Notes under the pieces: model-generated
The model's database searches: none
Seen by the model: only the letters and a program-made list of their open reading frames with translations
Told to the model about the DNA's origin: nothing
Source of the DNA: Octopus sinensis
Lineage: Eukaryota
Direction: 5' to 3'
Assembly: GCF_006345805.1 (NCBI RefSeq)
Contig: NC_042998.1
Location: 206,832,001 to 206,896,000 of the forward strand
DNA: 64,000 nt
Shown here: positions 63,630 to 64,000 of the stretch, piece after piece
How the letters are laid out: the number at the start of each line of letters is the position of its first letter
Position numbering within the stretch: position 1 is the first letter of the stretch
Made by a program: the position numbers and the translations under genes

Positions 63630-64000
63630 AACTGCCTGCTGTGCTTACCTTGGATTGTAGGGTGACCTGCTGTGCTTGAGGAGACCTATTGAGTCAAGTA
63701 CATCAACATCAAAATAAATATCAAATGGAAATTGTAGTTAAGATACCTGTGCCAGTGGCTCGTAAGAAGCACCATCTGAATGTGGTTGATGCCAGCTCCG
63801 CCTTGACAGGCTTCAGTGCCGGTGGCACATAAAAAGAACCAACTAATCGTGGCTGCTGCCAGCCTCCCCTGGCACCTGTGCCGGTGGCACATAAAAAGCA
63901 CCCACTACACTCTCCTCGGAGTGGTTGGCATTAGGAAGAGCAACCAGCTGTAGAAACTCTGCCAGATCAGTCTGGAGTCTGGTGCAGCCTCCTGGCTTCC
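63630..64000 (+). mobile_element. RTE 3' UTR running off the window edge
   Basis: Matches 50720-51100. Confidence 0.8.

Noticed and set aside
1-64000. Apparent excess of minus-strand family B SINEs
   Set aside because: The counts are small and clustered, and cannot be tested without gene models.

Overview
AT-rich, repeat-dense animal genomic DNA; the repeat families and microsatellite load suggest an octopus-type cephalopod (inference). Most of the window is nested transposon debris. It includes many 5'-truncated RTE LINE 3' ends with (GAT)n tails, three or more tRNA-derived SINE families, a young two-frameshift CR1/L2-type RT copy (31.3-32.9 kb), and older CR1/L2, HERO-like and Penelope remnants. 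DNA transposons include mariner/Tc1/pogo, piggyBac, hAT and Helitron/Helentron relics. The only host-gene signals are one candidate terminal coding exon (25620-25839, +) and a U6 snRNA pseudogene. No intact protein-coding gene, prokaryotic system or CRISPR array is visible. The most unusual signal is a set of fold-back elements and (TA)n-embedded modules carrying type I hammerhead ribozyme (HHR) motifs. The best example (424-826) joins a tRNA-like Pol III head to an HHR-bearing Penelope-type tail inside a TSD-flanked inverted repeat, a candidate Penelope-mobilised SINE. All alignments were done by eye, and the boundaries of degenerate repeats are approximate.
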